Source: a virus. From it: a stretch of DNA of 64,000 nt. Both the position numbers and the translations under genes were made by a program. Under the pieces are notes generated by a model. That model made no database searches and was not told the DNA's origin. It worked only from the letters and a program-made list of their open reading frames with translations. The stretch's first letter is position 1; every line of letters begins with the position of its first letter. Below are positions 20,655-30,379 of the stretch, piece by piece. The stretch spans positions 1,249 to 65,248 of the IMG/VR virus record IMGVR_UViG_3300017767_002783. The stretch is one strand, 5' to 3'.

Positions 20655-21555
20655 AAGTGTATTAGTAACAGGTGGTGGTGGAATGGTGGCACATTTTTTA
20701 ATAAAATTATTAAAAGATTTAGATGCTAATGTTACAAGAGTAGATTTACCAACTTCACAATTACCCGTTGATATCGAAGGTGATTTAAGAAGTAGAAAAT
20801 TTTGTGAAGAAATATGTGAAGGTAAAGATTTTATTTTTAATCTCGCCGGACTTAAAGGTTCACCAAAACGAGTGATAGAATCTCCAGCGACATTTAGTGT
20901 TCCACAAGTTCAGTTTGGTGCAAATATGGCTGAAGCAGCTTTTAATTCTAAATGTAAGTGGTATTTATACACAAGTTCAGTAGGTGTGTACCATCCCGCA
21001 GAAGTTTTTTACGAGGATGACGTATGGGAAACATTTCCGTCAAAACACGATTGGTATCCTGGCTGGGCAAAAAGAATGGGAGAATTAAATGTTCAATCGT
21101 ATATGGAAGAAACCAACAATAAAAATTGTTCAATAGTTAGACCTGCTAATGTATATGGTCCTTATGATAATTTTGGTGAATGGTCTATGGTTGTTCCATC
21201 ATTAATTAAAAAGGCCTTTGAAAATGATGTATTGGAAGTGTGGGGTGATGGTTCACCTATAAGAGATTTAATTTATGCTGAAGATGTGGCACGTGGAATG
21301 TTACATATGGTACAGAACGAAGTAAATGAACCAGTTAATCTTGCAAGTGGAACAGGAGTAACCATCAAGGAAGTTGCAGAAATAGTTTCTAAATATTTTG
21401 GTAAAGAGATTAAGTGGGATACTACAAAACCTATGGGTGATATGAAAAGAATAATGAGTACAGAACGTGCAGAAAGTTATGGGTTTACACCAAATGTATC
21501 TTTAACAGAAGGAATACATAATACCATTGAGTGGTATTTAAAAATCAATGAGTGA
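20644..21555 (+). CDS. NAD-dependent epimerase/reductase (GDP-fucose synthase-like SDR)
   Basis: VLVTGGGGMVA, YTSSVGVY, GWAKRMGE, RPANVYGPYDNF, WGDGSPIRDLIY. Confidence 0.8.
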   Translation: MKNKSVLVTGGGGMVAHFLIKLLKDLDANVTRVDLPTSQLPVDIEGDLRSRKFCEEICEGKDFIFNLAGLKGSPKRVIESPATFSVPQVQFGANMAEAAFNSKCKWYLYTSSVGVYHPAEVFYEDDVWETFPSKHDWYPGWAKRMGELNVQSYMEETNNKNCSIVRPANVYGPYDNFGEWSMVVPSLIKKAFENDVLEVWGDGSPIRDLIYAEDVARGMLHMVQNEVNEPVNLASGTGVTIKEVAEIVSKYFGKEIKWDTTKPMGDMKRIMSTERAESYGFTPNVSLTEGIHNTIEWYLKINE

Positions 21556-22612
21556 TGTAATAACACTAAAACGGATATTAGATGGTGGTAGAGGTTTGCC
21601 AACTCAAAAGGATCCGTATGATTGGTATAGGTGGTATAGTAAAATTGATTTCAATAAAAGAACACTTATTTTAACTCGTCACGAAGCTTCAGATGCTCTA
21701 AGAATAAAAAAATTGTTGGAAGTAATGAAAGATAGATATAACATGACTAAAGATGATTTTGTTATTATAGAGGGTAATCTTAATCTTCCACTTGATTTTG
21801 TTGAGAATTGGGATGAGTATTTATATTGTCCACTTGGAGATGGAGTAGGTTGGGAATATTATAAGAAATTTTTATTTCAAGAAAATGATAATAAACTTAA
21901 AACAAAGAAATTTTTATGTATGAACGGTTCATTTCAACCACATAGAGTAGTATTATTAGATGATTTATACAAAAATAATTGTTTAGAAGATTCTCATTAT
22001 TCAAATAATTTTGGTGGTGAGGAGTTTTATGATTGGGTTAAAAAACAAATAAAAATAGATTGGAACGCTGTATGGGCAAAAGTAGAACTTTCAAAGGATT
22101 TTTGGTCTGGTAACAAAAAAAGATTAGATGGTGCTGATGAAAGTGATGAACATCTGTCAATACAAACACATATTAAATATTTTCAAGATTCATATTTTTC
22201 TGTTGTTACGGAAACTTGGTTTAATAGTCAGATACCAGAGGAGTTAGTAAAAGATTATCCAAACACACCATTAAAAATAACTGAGAAAACTTGGAGAGCT
22301 TTATTTTTTCATCCATTTATAGTTTTGGGATGTCCTTATACATTAAGGTATTTAAAAGGTTTAGGATTTAAAACTTTTCCTGAATTTTTTGATGAGTCTT
22401 ATGATGAGATAGAAGATGTTCGTGGACGATATGATGCAGTATTAAATAACATTTTAGAACTTAATAAAAAATCTTTAGAAGAATTAAAAGAAATGTATGA
22501 TTCCGTTTACGATAAGATACTATACAATCAACGACTTTTTCATGATTGGGATAGAGACAAATTAGTATCGGATTTATATGAAAAAATTATGAAAAATCCA
22601 AATGAATTATAA
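21548..22612 (+). CDS. DESYD-family glycosyltransferase-like protein, copy 5
   Basis: SYFSVVTET...ITEKTWR..FHPFIVLG...GFKTFPEFFDESYD. Confidence 0.7.
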   Translation: MSDVITLKRILDGGRGLPTQKDPYDWYRWYSKIDFNKRTLILTRHEASDALRIKKLLEVMKDRYNMTKDDFVIIEGNLNLPLDFVENWDEYLYCPLGDGVGWEYYKKFLFQENDNKLKTKKFLCMNGSFQPHRVVLLDDLYKNNCLEDSHYSNNFGGEEFYDWVKKQIKIDWNAVWAKVELSKDFWSGNKKRLDGADESDEHLSIQTHIKYFQDSYFSVVTETWFNSQIPEELVKDYPNTPLKITEKTWRALFFHPFIVLGCPYTLRYLKGLGFKTFPEFFDESYDEIEDVRGRYDAVLNNILELNKKSLEELKEMYDSVYDKILYNQRLFHDWDRDKLVSDLYEKIMKNPNEL

Positions 22613-23255
22613 AATAAAATATAATAAAAACGGATATGTGGTAATTGATGATTTTTTACCTATTGATATTTACAATGAGATAGTAGATATTTTTCAAGAA
22701 GGTGAGTATGAAGAAATTGCACAATCATTTGATGATAGATATGAATTGTGGAATAGTGGTGATGAATATTTCCCATCAGTAGATGAGGTGTATACAAATC
22801 ATTTTTATGGAAGTCAAGGTGTATCTCATAGTCCACGAGTTTTGGAGATTTATAAAAAATATATAAAACCTATTATTGAATCTATTACGGATGGGAAGTC
22901 TGGCAAAGGTAGACATCAGGCAACAAAGTATAATAGAAATGGTAAAGATTTTTTAAGAACCCATGTAGATGATTATATGGGTTATATTGGATATGTGATG
23001 CATTTTCAAAAAGAAACTTGGAAATATGATTGGGGTGGATTACTACATATGTCAATTGATAATGATATTAAAACTATTTTACCACAACCAAACAGATTAG
23101 TGATACATAATCATTCTATGGGTATACCTCATTGGGTTACACCGACAAATAATTGGTCAAAGGAAAGTAGATATACACTTACTGGTTTTTGTATTAAAAA
23201 TGATGATAAGTTGCCCGAAACTTGGAGAAGTAGAGATGACTATTCCATACTTTGA
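22602..23255 (+). CDS. 2OG-Fe(II) oxygenase (prolyl-hydroxylase-like)
   Basis: THVDD (HxD), WKYDWGGLL, PQPNRLVI, HWVTP, RYTLTGF. Confidence 0.8.
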   Translation: MNYKIKYNKNGYVVIDDFLPIDIYNEIVDIFQEGEYEEIAQSFDDRYELWNSGDEYFPSVDEVYTNHFYGSQGVSHSPRVLEIYKKYIKPIIESITDGKSGKGRHQATKYNRNGKDFLRTHVDDYMGYIGYVMHFQKETWKYDWGGLLHMSIDNDIKTILPQPNRLVIHNHSMGIPHWVTPTNNWSKESRYTLTGFCIKNDDKLPETWRSRDDYSIL

Positions 23256-24111
23256 TGAAATAGAGTCGTGGGCTCGAAGAAAGTATATTAGAGAAGAACT
23301 TAGTGAAAAATCTTCTCTAAGTAAAATATTAGGATCTGATATGAATTTCGTAAAAAACGAAATTGAAAAACCCTTTTATGATTTTTTTATTAGAATTATG
23401 GAAAAGAATAATATTGAACACGATGATTTAGAAAAACTTCATAAACAATTTCCAAAAAGTTATTTTACTTTTGAGGGTGATGGTTATAAATCTGCTGTTA
23501 ATAAAGTAGGTGAATTATTATATAATCAAGATGAAAAATTTAAAAAAGAATATGTTGAGAAAGTATTAAAAAAGATTTATAAATTATTGGGAAAAGATTT
23601 TTATTTTCAATCCGTACCTAATTTTAGAGTTCATTTTCCTAATATGGAAAGTAGTATTTTTCCTATGTGGCATTCAGATTGGATGAACGGTCACCACACA
23701 CGAGAAATAAATATTTGGTGTCCTATTACACAAAATAAAGATTTAGGATTTAGAGTATTAGATTTAAAAACTTCTAAGAAAATTCTTTCTAAATATAATC
23801 ACGATTCTGAATACTTTTCTAAAAATAGAGAGGATACTGATTTAAAAAAATATTTACATAGTAAATCAAATAATCTTAAAGGATTAAAAGATGTTATGAT
23901 TTTTAATGGGTATTGTCTACACACGACTATGGACAGACCTAAAAATGATTTGACCACAAGAGTTTCGGTGGATTTTAGGCTAGTTTTATGTGATGATTAT
24001 CATTCAACACCCTATTTATTTAGGGGAGATGAACGATTTGCAAGAAAACAGGCAATATTTTCACCAGGAGGAAAATTTGGTTATGATCAGCATCCAATTA
24101 GTTATTATTAA
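23236..24111 (+). CDS. StrG/PhyH-like 2OG-Fe(II) oxygenase
   Basis: FQSVPNFRVHFP, WHSD (HxD), EINIWCP, LHTT, TRVSVDFR. Confidence 0.6.
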   Translation: MTIPYFDEIESWARRKYIREELSEKSSLSKILGSDMNFVKNEIEKPFYDFFIRIMEKNNIEHDDLEKLHKQFPKSYFTFEGDGYKSAVNKVGELLYNQDEKFKKEYVEKVLKKIYKLLGKDFYFQSVPNFRVHFPNMESSIFPMWHSDWMNGHHTREINIWCPITQNKDLGFRVLDLKTSKKILSKYNHDSEYFSKNREDTDLKKYLHSKSNNLKGLKDVMIFNGYCLHTTMDRPKNDLTTRVSVDFRLVLCDDYHSTPYLFRGDERFARKQAIFSPGGKFGYDQHPISYY

Positions 24112-24125
24112 AAAGGAGTTACAAA

Positions 24126-25052
24126 ATGCCAGCAGATAGTAGAACAAAAACTACAATAATAAAATTAAGAAAACATAAGAGAACAAAAGAAAAAACTTGT
24201 CTTGTTACCGCTTATGATTATCCACAATCACTAATAGCAGATAAGGCAGGTGTTGATGCAATACTTGTAGGTGATTCTTGTGGGATGACAACACACGGAT
24301 ACAAAACAACTATACCCGTTACAATGGATGAGATGATAAACCATTGTGAATCAGTATCACGAGGAGCAAAAGATGCTTTCTTAATCGGTGATATGCCTTA
24401 TATGTCCTACCAAGAATCAAATGAATTGGCAGTTAGAAACGCTGGAAGATTCATAGTTGCTGGTATGGATATGGTAAAGGTTGAGGGAGCAATGGTTGAT
24501 AGAATCAAGGCAATATGTGATTCAGGTATTATGGTTATGAGTCATTTGGGATTAACACCACATACTCGTGCTAAACTTGGTGGATATAAAGTTCAAGGTA
24601 AAACAGCAAAGAGTGCTGAGATAGTGTTAGACCAAGCAAAAAGATTACAAGATGCTGGATGTTCAGCATTATTATTAGAAGCAATGCCAACCGAACCAGC
24701 AGGAATAATAGCAGAAACACTTGATATACCAGTTTATGGTATTGGTGCAGGAGATAGAGTTGATGGACAACTTGTTATTCTTCACGATTTAGTAGGATTG
24801 TTTTGGGAGTTTAAATCTAAGTTTGTAAAGAGATATTGTGAAGCAGGTCAGTTGATACAATCGGCACTTGAAGATTATAAATCAGAAGTAAAGGGTGGTC
24901 AGTTTCCAGCAGAAGAAAACTTTTATGAAATTAAAGAAGAAGAACTTGAAAAACTACTTGGTGATACATCTTGGAAGTATGAAAAAGATAGGGTTGAGAA
25001 TTTAGCAAAACCCAAACATAGTGTTACACCAATAACTACAAAGAGGGATTAA
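24126..25052 (+). CDS. panB: 3-methyl-2-oxobutanoate hydroxymethyltransferase-like
   Basis: VTAYDYP, ILVGDS, GDMPYMSY, VKVEG, HLGLTP, GIGAG..DGQLVILHD; AGGAG SD at 24114-24118. Confidence 0.9.
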   Translation: MPADSRTKTTIIKLRKHKRTKEKTCLVTAYDYPQSLIADKAGVDAILVGDSCGMTTHGYKTTIPVTMDEMINHCESVSRGAKDAFLIGDMPYMSYQESNELAVRNAGRFIVAGMDMVKVEGAMVDRIKAICDSGIMVMSHLGLTPHTRAKLGGYKVQGKTAKSAEIVLDQAKRLQDAGCSALLLEAMPTEPAGIIAETLDIPVYGIGAGDRVDGQLVILHDLVGLFWEFKSKFVKRYCEAGQLIQSALEDYKSEVKGGQFPAEENFYEIKEEELEKLLGDTSWKYEKDRVENLAKPKHSVTPITTKRD

Positions 25053-26908
25053 TGAAAGTAGCAGATTATATAATAAACCATCTATCCGATATAGGGGTAA
25101 AAGAAATATTCGTTGTGTATGGACACGCTAACGGAGATTTAGTTGATGGATTTACGAGAAATGATAACATACGATACATAGCAACTATGCACGAACAAGG
25201 TGGTGGTTTTGCTGCCGAAGGTTATTCAAAAGTTAGTGGTGATATAGGAGTTGCAATGTCTACAAGTGGTCCTGGTGGAATGAATCTTGTCACACCAATC
25301 GGAAATTGTTTTTACGATAGTGTTCCGTGTTTATTTATAACTGGTCAAATTAATTCTCAGTTTATGAGACCTAATGAAAGTATCAGACAGATAGGATTTC
25401 AAGAGACAGATATAGTTGGAATAGTAGAACCTATTACAAAATATGCAAAGATGATAACAGATAAAAATGATGTTAAGTATGAACTTGAATATGCTATACA
25501 TAAAGCAAAAGAAGGTCGTCCTGGTCCTGTATTGTTAGATATACCATTAAATATTCAAAAACAAGATATAGAAGATGTTGATAGTTTGGTTGGATTTGAA
25601 GATACGGTTGGGGATACATATAATGTTTCTAAAATTGAGGAACAAGTTGATAACTTCATTAAAGATTTTAAAAATAGTGAAAGACCTTGTTTGATGATTG
25701 GTGGTGGAGTTAGATTAAGTGGTGCCATTGATGAATTATTACAACTCGGTAAAACTTTAAAGATTCCTATGTTTCCAACTTGGAACGCACTTGATGTTGT
25801 ATGTGATGATTATGAATATTTTGGTGGTAGGATTGGAACTTATGGTGGAAAAGGAAGAAACTTTGGAATCCAAAATTCTGATTTATTATTAGCAATAGGT
25901 AGTAGGATATCAGGTAGAATTACTGGTGGTAACATACATAGTTTTGCTAGAAATGCTAAAAAATATACGGTAGATGTTGATATACCTGGATTACAAAAGA
26001 AACTACAGCAAGTTCCATTTGATGAATGTATTTACTCAGATGCAAAATTATTTATTAATATTTTACAGAAAAAGTTATTAATTTTAGAGAGAACGGAAAC
26101 TTTACCTGATTTTACTTGGTGGGTAGATAGAGTAAAAGGTTGGAGAGATAAATATGATCCTGTAACAAAGGATATGTTTAAACCAACCAAGTATGTACAT
26201 CCATATGCATTTACTCGTATTCTATCAGAAGAAATGAAAAGTAATGATATATTCTGTGGTGATTGTGGGGGTAACATTGTGGTTACTAATCACGCATTTG
26301 AAACAAAAACTGGTCAAAGATACTTTACAAATAATGGAAACTCACCTATGGGATTCTCGTTTGCTGGTGGACTTGGAGCAGCAGTAGCAGCAGATAAATC
26401 ACAAAATGTAGTTTGTGTGATTGGTGATGGTGGATTCAATATGAATATACAAGAACTACAAACTTTATTAAATTATGACATTCCCTTAAAAACTATCATT
26501 ATGAATAATCATATTTATGGTATAACTAAGGCATTCCAAGAAACTAATTTTGAGGGTAGGATGGAAGCATGTGGGCCTATAGGATACAATCCACCAAACT
26601 TTAAAGATATTGTTGAGGCGTATAAAATACCTACGATGATAGTGGACGATGGTTCAGATTATGAAAAAGTCCGAGAACAGATTAGAGAGTTTTTGAATCA
26701 CGAAGGTCCTATTGTTATGGATTTAAATTGTCATGAATATCATAATTATAATCCAAAGATAATCGGTTGGGAAACACCAATCGAGGATATGTATCCTTAT
26801 TTAGAGGAAGATGAGTTCAGTTCAAATATGTATATTGAACCAATCAAATATCAAAATGGAAGATTTTATCCATCCAATACGAATGATGAAGAATGGGGTA
26901 ATGATTAA
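25052..26908 (+). CDS. Acetolactate-synthase-like ThDP enzyme (YerE-like)
   Basis: MHEQGGGFAAEGY, TSGPGGMN, FITGQ, RPGPVLLDIP, GDGGFNMNIQEL...NNHIYG. Confidence 0.85.
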   Translation: MKVADYIINHLSDIGVKEIFVVYGHANGDLVDGFTRNDNIRYIATMHEQGGGFAAEGYSKVSGDIGVAMSTSGPGGMNLVTPIGNCFYDSVPCLFITGQINSQFMRPNESIRQIGFQETDIVGIVEPITKYAKMITDKNDVKYELEYAIHKAKEGRPGPVLLDIPLNIQKQDIEDVDSLVGFEDTVGDTYNVSKIEEQVDNFIKDFKNSERPCLMIGGGVRLSGAIDELLQLGKTLKIPMFPTWNALDVVCDDYEYFGGRIGTYGGKGRNFGIQNSDLLLAIGSRISGRITGGNIHSFARNAKKYTVDVDIPGLQKKLQQVPFDECIYSDAKLFINILQKKLLILERTETLPDFTWWVDRVKGWRDKYDPVTKDMFKPTKYVHPYAFTRILSEEMKSNDIFCGDCGGNIVVTNHAFETKTGQRYFTNNGNSPMGFSFAGGLGAAVAADKSQNVVCVIGDGGFNMNIQELQTLLNYDIPLKTIIMNNHIYGITKAFQETNFEGRMEACGPIGYNPPNFKDIVEAYKIPTMIVDDGSDYEKVREQIREFLNHEGPIVMDLNCHEYHNYNPKIIGWETPIEDMYPYLEEDEFSSNMYIEPIKYQNGRFYPSNTNDEEWGND

Positions 26909-28092
26909 TGTTTAAATGGCAACTTATAAACGATAGTATAACTCAAGAAGATAAACAACAACTTATTGATTACATCAGTATCGATAATGCAAGATTTACT
27001 CAAGGAAGTAAAGTAAAAGAGTTTGAAAATGTTTGGTCGGAATGGTTAGATGTGAAACATAGTGTTTTTGTAAATTCAGGAGCCTCAGCAAATTACATAA
27101 TGGTTTCTATTATGAAAGAAATGAGGGGAGTTGGTGAAGTTATAGTTCCAACTTTAGGTTGGGTGAGTGATGTATCACCTATCGTGAATCTTGGATTAAA
27201 GCCAGTTTTTGTAGATGTTTCTTTGGAAACCTTTTCTACTGATTTAGAAAAGATAAAATCTTTGGTAAATAAAAATACAATTGGAGTTACACTTGTTCAT
27301 TGTTTGGGTTTCAACGCAATAACACACGAGTTGGTAAAATATTGTAAGGACAATGATTTATTCTTAATTGAGGATTGTTGTGAATCTCATGGTGCAACAT
27401 ACGAAGGTAATAAAATAGGAACTTTTGGTGATGTGTCTAATTTTTCATTTTATTTTGGACACCACATGACAACAATCGAAGGTGGTATGGTTTGTACAAA
27501 TGATGATGAAATATATCAATATGCAAAAATGTTTCGTTCACACGGAATGACTCGATTGGATTATTTACAAAATGATGAATTGGGAAGAAAATTACAAAAA
27601 AAATACGAAATATCACATCCTGATTTAAACCCACTTTTTACTTTTGCAGTACCAGGTTATAATATGAGAAATCAAGAATTAAATGCAATACTTGGTTTAT
27701 CTCAAATAAAAAGATTAGATTATAATATAGATAAACGAGTAGATAATTTATATCTTTGGTTAGGTAAATTAGATTCGTCTGTGTTCAAAACTGATTATCA
27801 AACAGATGGAAATAGTAATTTTGCACTACCATTAATAGTTTTAAACAATGATAAAGACAGATTTATTAGAGTATGTGATATATTAGAAGATAACCAAGTA
27901 GAATACAGAGTAGGAACTGCTGGTGGTGGTAATCAGGCTAAACAACCATATTTAGAAAAATATGATTACTATGCTGGTGATTTACCAAATTCTGATTACA
28001 TACATCAGTTTGGATTGTATGTTGGGAATCATCCTGAATTAAAAGAAAATCAAATAATAGAATTATGTACTAAATTAAATGAGGAGTCATAA
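26908..28092 (+). CDS. DegT/DnrJ-fold PLP enzyme of ColD/RfbH type (NDP-4-keto-6-deoxyhexose 3-dehydrase-like)
   Basis: VNSGASAN, IEDCCESHG, SFYFGHHMTTIEGG with His (27460-27462) at the usual PLP-Lys position. Confidence 0.8.
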   Translation: MFKWQLINDSITQEDKQQLIDYISIDNARFTQGSKVKEFENVWSEWLDVKHSVFVNSGASANYIMVSIMKEMRGVGEVIVPTLGWVSDVSPIVNLGLKPVFVDVSLETFSTDLEKIKSLVNKNTIGVTLVHCLGFNAITHELVKYCKDNDLFLIEDCCESHGATYEGNKIGTFGDVSNFSFYFGHHMTTIEGGMVCTNDDEIYQYAKMFRSHGMTRLDYLQNDELGRKLQKKYEISHPDLNPLFTFAVPGYNMRNQELNAILGLSQIKRLDYNIDKRVDNLYLWLGKLDSSVFKTDYQTDGNSNFALPLIVLNNDKDRFIRVCDILEDNQVEYRVGTAGGGNQAKQPYLEKYDYYAGDLPNSDYIHQFGLYVGNHPELKENQIIELCTKLNEES

Positions 28093-29043
28093 ATGTTTTA
28101 TAAAGATAAAAAAATTGTTGTAACGGGTGGAAGTGGTTTCGTAGGAACAAACTTTATACTTGAACTACTTGAAAGAGGTGCCGATGTTACCACTCACACT
28201 CATGTTAGACCTATGGAAATAGAAGATGATAGAATTAAAGTTATAGAAAATATAGATTTATTTAAACTTGAAGATTGTATTAAACTATTAGAAGGTGCTG
28301 ACTATGTTATTCATTGTGGTGGTTACATAACAAATCCATCAGAAGTAAGAACTAATGTTCAAGTATTGTTACATAACATTAATAGTACTGCAAATGTTTT
28401 AGAGGCCGCAGCAAAATGTGAACTTAAAGGTTATTTGGATATAAATAGTTCTACTGGTTATCCAGATAAACGATATCCAATTACAGAAGATGAATATTGG
28501 GATGAAGAACCACATGAATCTTACTTTGGTTATGGGTGGATGAGAAGGTATAGAGAAAAACTAATGGAGTTTGTAAGTGGATTTTCCAATTTAAAAATAG
28601 CCTTAGCAAGAGGAACTGCAATGTATGGGCCATTTGACAACTTTAATCCTAAAACTTGTCATGTAGTTCCTGCACTAATTAACAGAGTTTTAAGTGGTGA
28701 GGATCCGTTTGTGGTTTGGGGAACATCAGATGTTGTTAGGGATTTTTTATATGTCAGAGATGTAGTTGATGGTGGATTGTTAGTTTTAGAAAAGGGAGAA
28801 TCTATGAGACCATATAATGTTGGGGCTGGAACAGCAATTACAGTTGGTGATATTGTAGATGCAGTTTTAAAGGCCACAAATAAAAATCCAAAAGTACAAT
28901 ATGATGAAACAAAACCAACCACGATACCTTTTAGAATGGTAAGTACCGAAAGAATTAAAGATGAACTTGGATTTGAACCAAAGTGGTCTTTTGAAGAAGG
29001 AATTAAAAAAACTGTGGATTGGTATGTTAACAATAGGAGTTGA
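28093..29043 (+). CDS. NAD-dependent epimerase/reductase (WcaG/ColC-like SDR)
   Basis: VVTGGSGFVG, SSTGYP, YGWMRR, YGPFDNF, WGTSDVVRDFLY. Confidence 0.8.
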   Translation: MFYKDKKIVVTGGSGFVGTNFILELLERGADVTTHTHVRPMEIEDDRIKVIENIDLFKLEDCIKLLEGADYVIHCGGYITNPSEVRTNVQVLLHNINSTANVLEAAAKCELKGYLDINSSTGYPDKRYPITEDEYWDEEPHESYFGYGWMRRYREKLMEFVSGFSNLKIALARGTAMYGPFDNFNPKTCHVVPALINRVLSGEDPFVVWGTSDVVRDFLYVRDVVDGGLLVLEKGESMRPYNVGAGTAITVGDIVDAVLKATNKNPKVQYDETKPTTIPFRMVSTERIKDELGFEPKWSFEEGIKKTVDWYVNNRS

Positions 29044-30379
29044 TAAATTTTCAGATGAAGGCCCACCAAGAGTAACTACACAAGGAAGATTCACACCGAT
29101 AGATAATTGTATTGAGTATAAATCATTTGACTACTTCCCTTGTGATTCTGGTTTTGTAATTGGTGAATATTTTGAAAATCAAGATGTAGATATTAAATTA
29201 GTATCGAAAATAAAAAATGAAAAATATGTATATCCTGTATGTGTGAGAAATTTTGGACATTCGATAGGTATAGATATTTGGTCTAATAAGGATGTCAACA
29301 CATCATTTTTAGATTTTATTCCGAATACAACTTTAGAACATCTTCGTAATAATCAAGCAAAATTATTAGTATATTATGGATATGAAGAAGATTCTATACA
29401 TGGTGATTCTTTATTTAGATTGTATGATGAGTTTGTAAAAAAACTATTAAAAAAAGAAATACCATTAAAAAATGTAATATATAGTGATGCTAATGTATTG
29501 TTGAATGAAGAATCAGATATTAATGATATTAAAATGGTAGTTTCTAATTATTGTACTAATACCGTTGATAGATTTAATAACGAACATAAAAATAATTTAT
29601 ATCATGGTGGACATTCAAGAAGTATAGAAAATAGAGAAAAATGGGAAGATGGTGAGAATAATGTAAGAAGTAAATATTTTTTATGCTATAACAGACTTCC
29701 CAAAGAACATAGAGCATTAGTAGTTTTATCTTTAGATATCAATAATAATTTAGATAAAGGTATAGTATCATTTCCTGATTATGGTATGAGTAGTTGGGAT
29801 GTTGTTGACAAAGAGGAAGATTATTTAAAGTCGCAACATTACGGATATCTTTTAAATGATAAAGAGGTAGAAAGTAAGTACGAAAATGGGGCCGATGATC
29901 TCAAGAAAAAACTACCTTTAGTTTTAGATAAAAAAGATTTTACAGTATGTCATTCAGTTATTAATAATATTATTCCACATTATTTAGATACATATTTTAC
30001 TATATGTACAGAATCACATTTTGAAACACGAGAGAAAAATGGTAATTCAATAGGATTTACAGAAAAGACTTGGAAACCTATTCTCAATTTTCATCCGTTT
30101 GTTTATGTAGGTAACGCTGGTAGTTTGAAAAAATTAAAGGAATATGGTTTTAAAACATTTGAACCTTTTATTGATGAGTCATATGATAACATTGATGATA
30201 CAGGACAAAGATTTCTGGCTATAGAAAAAGAGATTAATAAATTATGTGAGAAATCATTAGAAGAATTACATGAATGGTATTGGTCAATAAAAGATATATT
30301 GAAACACAATTATAAGCACTTTTATAAAGTATACTCGGTGGAACAACGAAATAATTTTTTAAATGAAATATCCATATAG
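29024..30379 (+). CDS. DESYD-family glycosyltransferase-like protein, copy 6
   Basis: TYFTICTES...TEKTWKP..FHPFVYVG...GFKTFEPFIDESYD; likely start at ATG 29024. Confidence 0.7.
   Translation: MLTIGVDKFSDEGPPRVTTQGRFTPIDNCIEYKSFDYFPCDSGFVIGEYFENQDVDIKLVSKIKNEKYVYPVCVRNFGHSIGIDIWSNKDVNTSFLDFIPNTTLEHLRNNQAKLLVYYGYEEDSIHGDSLFRLYDEFVKKLLKKEIPLKNVIYSDANVLLNEESDINDIKMVVSNYCTNTVDRFNNEHKNNLYHGGHSRSIENREKWEDGENNVRSKYFLCYNRLPKEHRALVVLSLDINNNLDKGIVSFPDYGMSSWDVVDKEEDYLKSQHYGYLLNDKEVESKYENGADDLKKKLPLVLDKKDFTVCHSVINNIIPHYLDTYFTICTESHFETREKNGNSIGFTEKTWKPILNFHPFVYVGNAGSLKKLKEYGFKTFEPFIDESYDNIDDTGQRFLAIEKEINKLCEKSLEELHEWYWSIKDILKHNYKHFYKVYSVEQRNNFLNEISI

Noticed and set aside
25052-26908. Housekeeping ilvB for branched-chain amino acid synthesis
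   Set aside because: No regulatory subunit or ilvC/ilvD in the window; embedded among nucleotide-sugar genes, so a YerE-like role fits better
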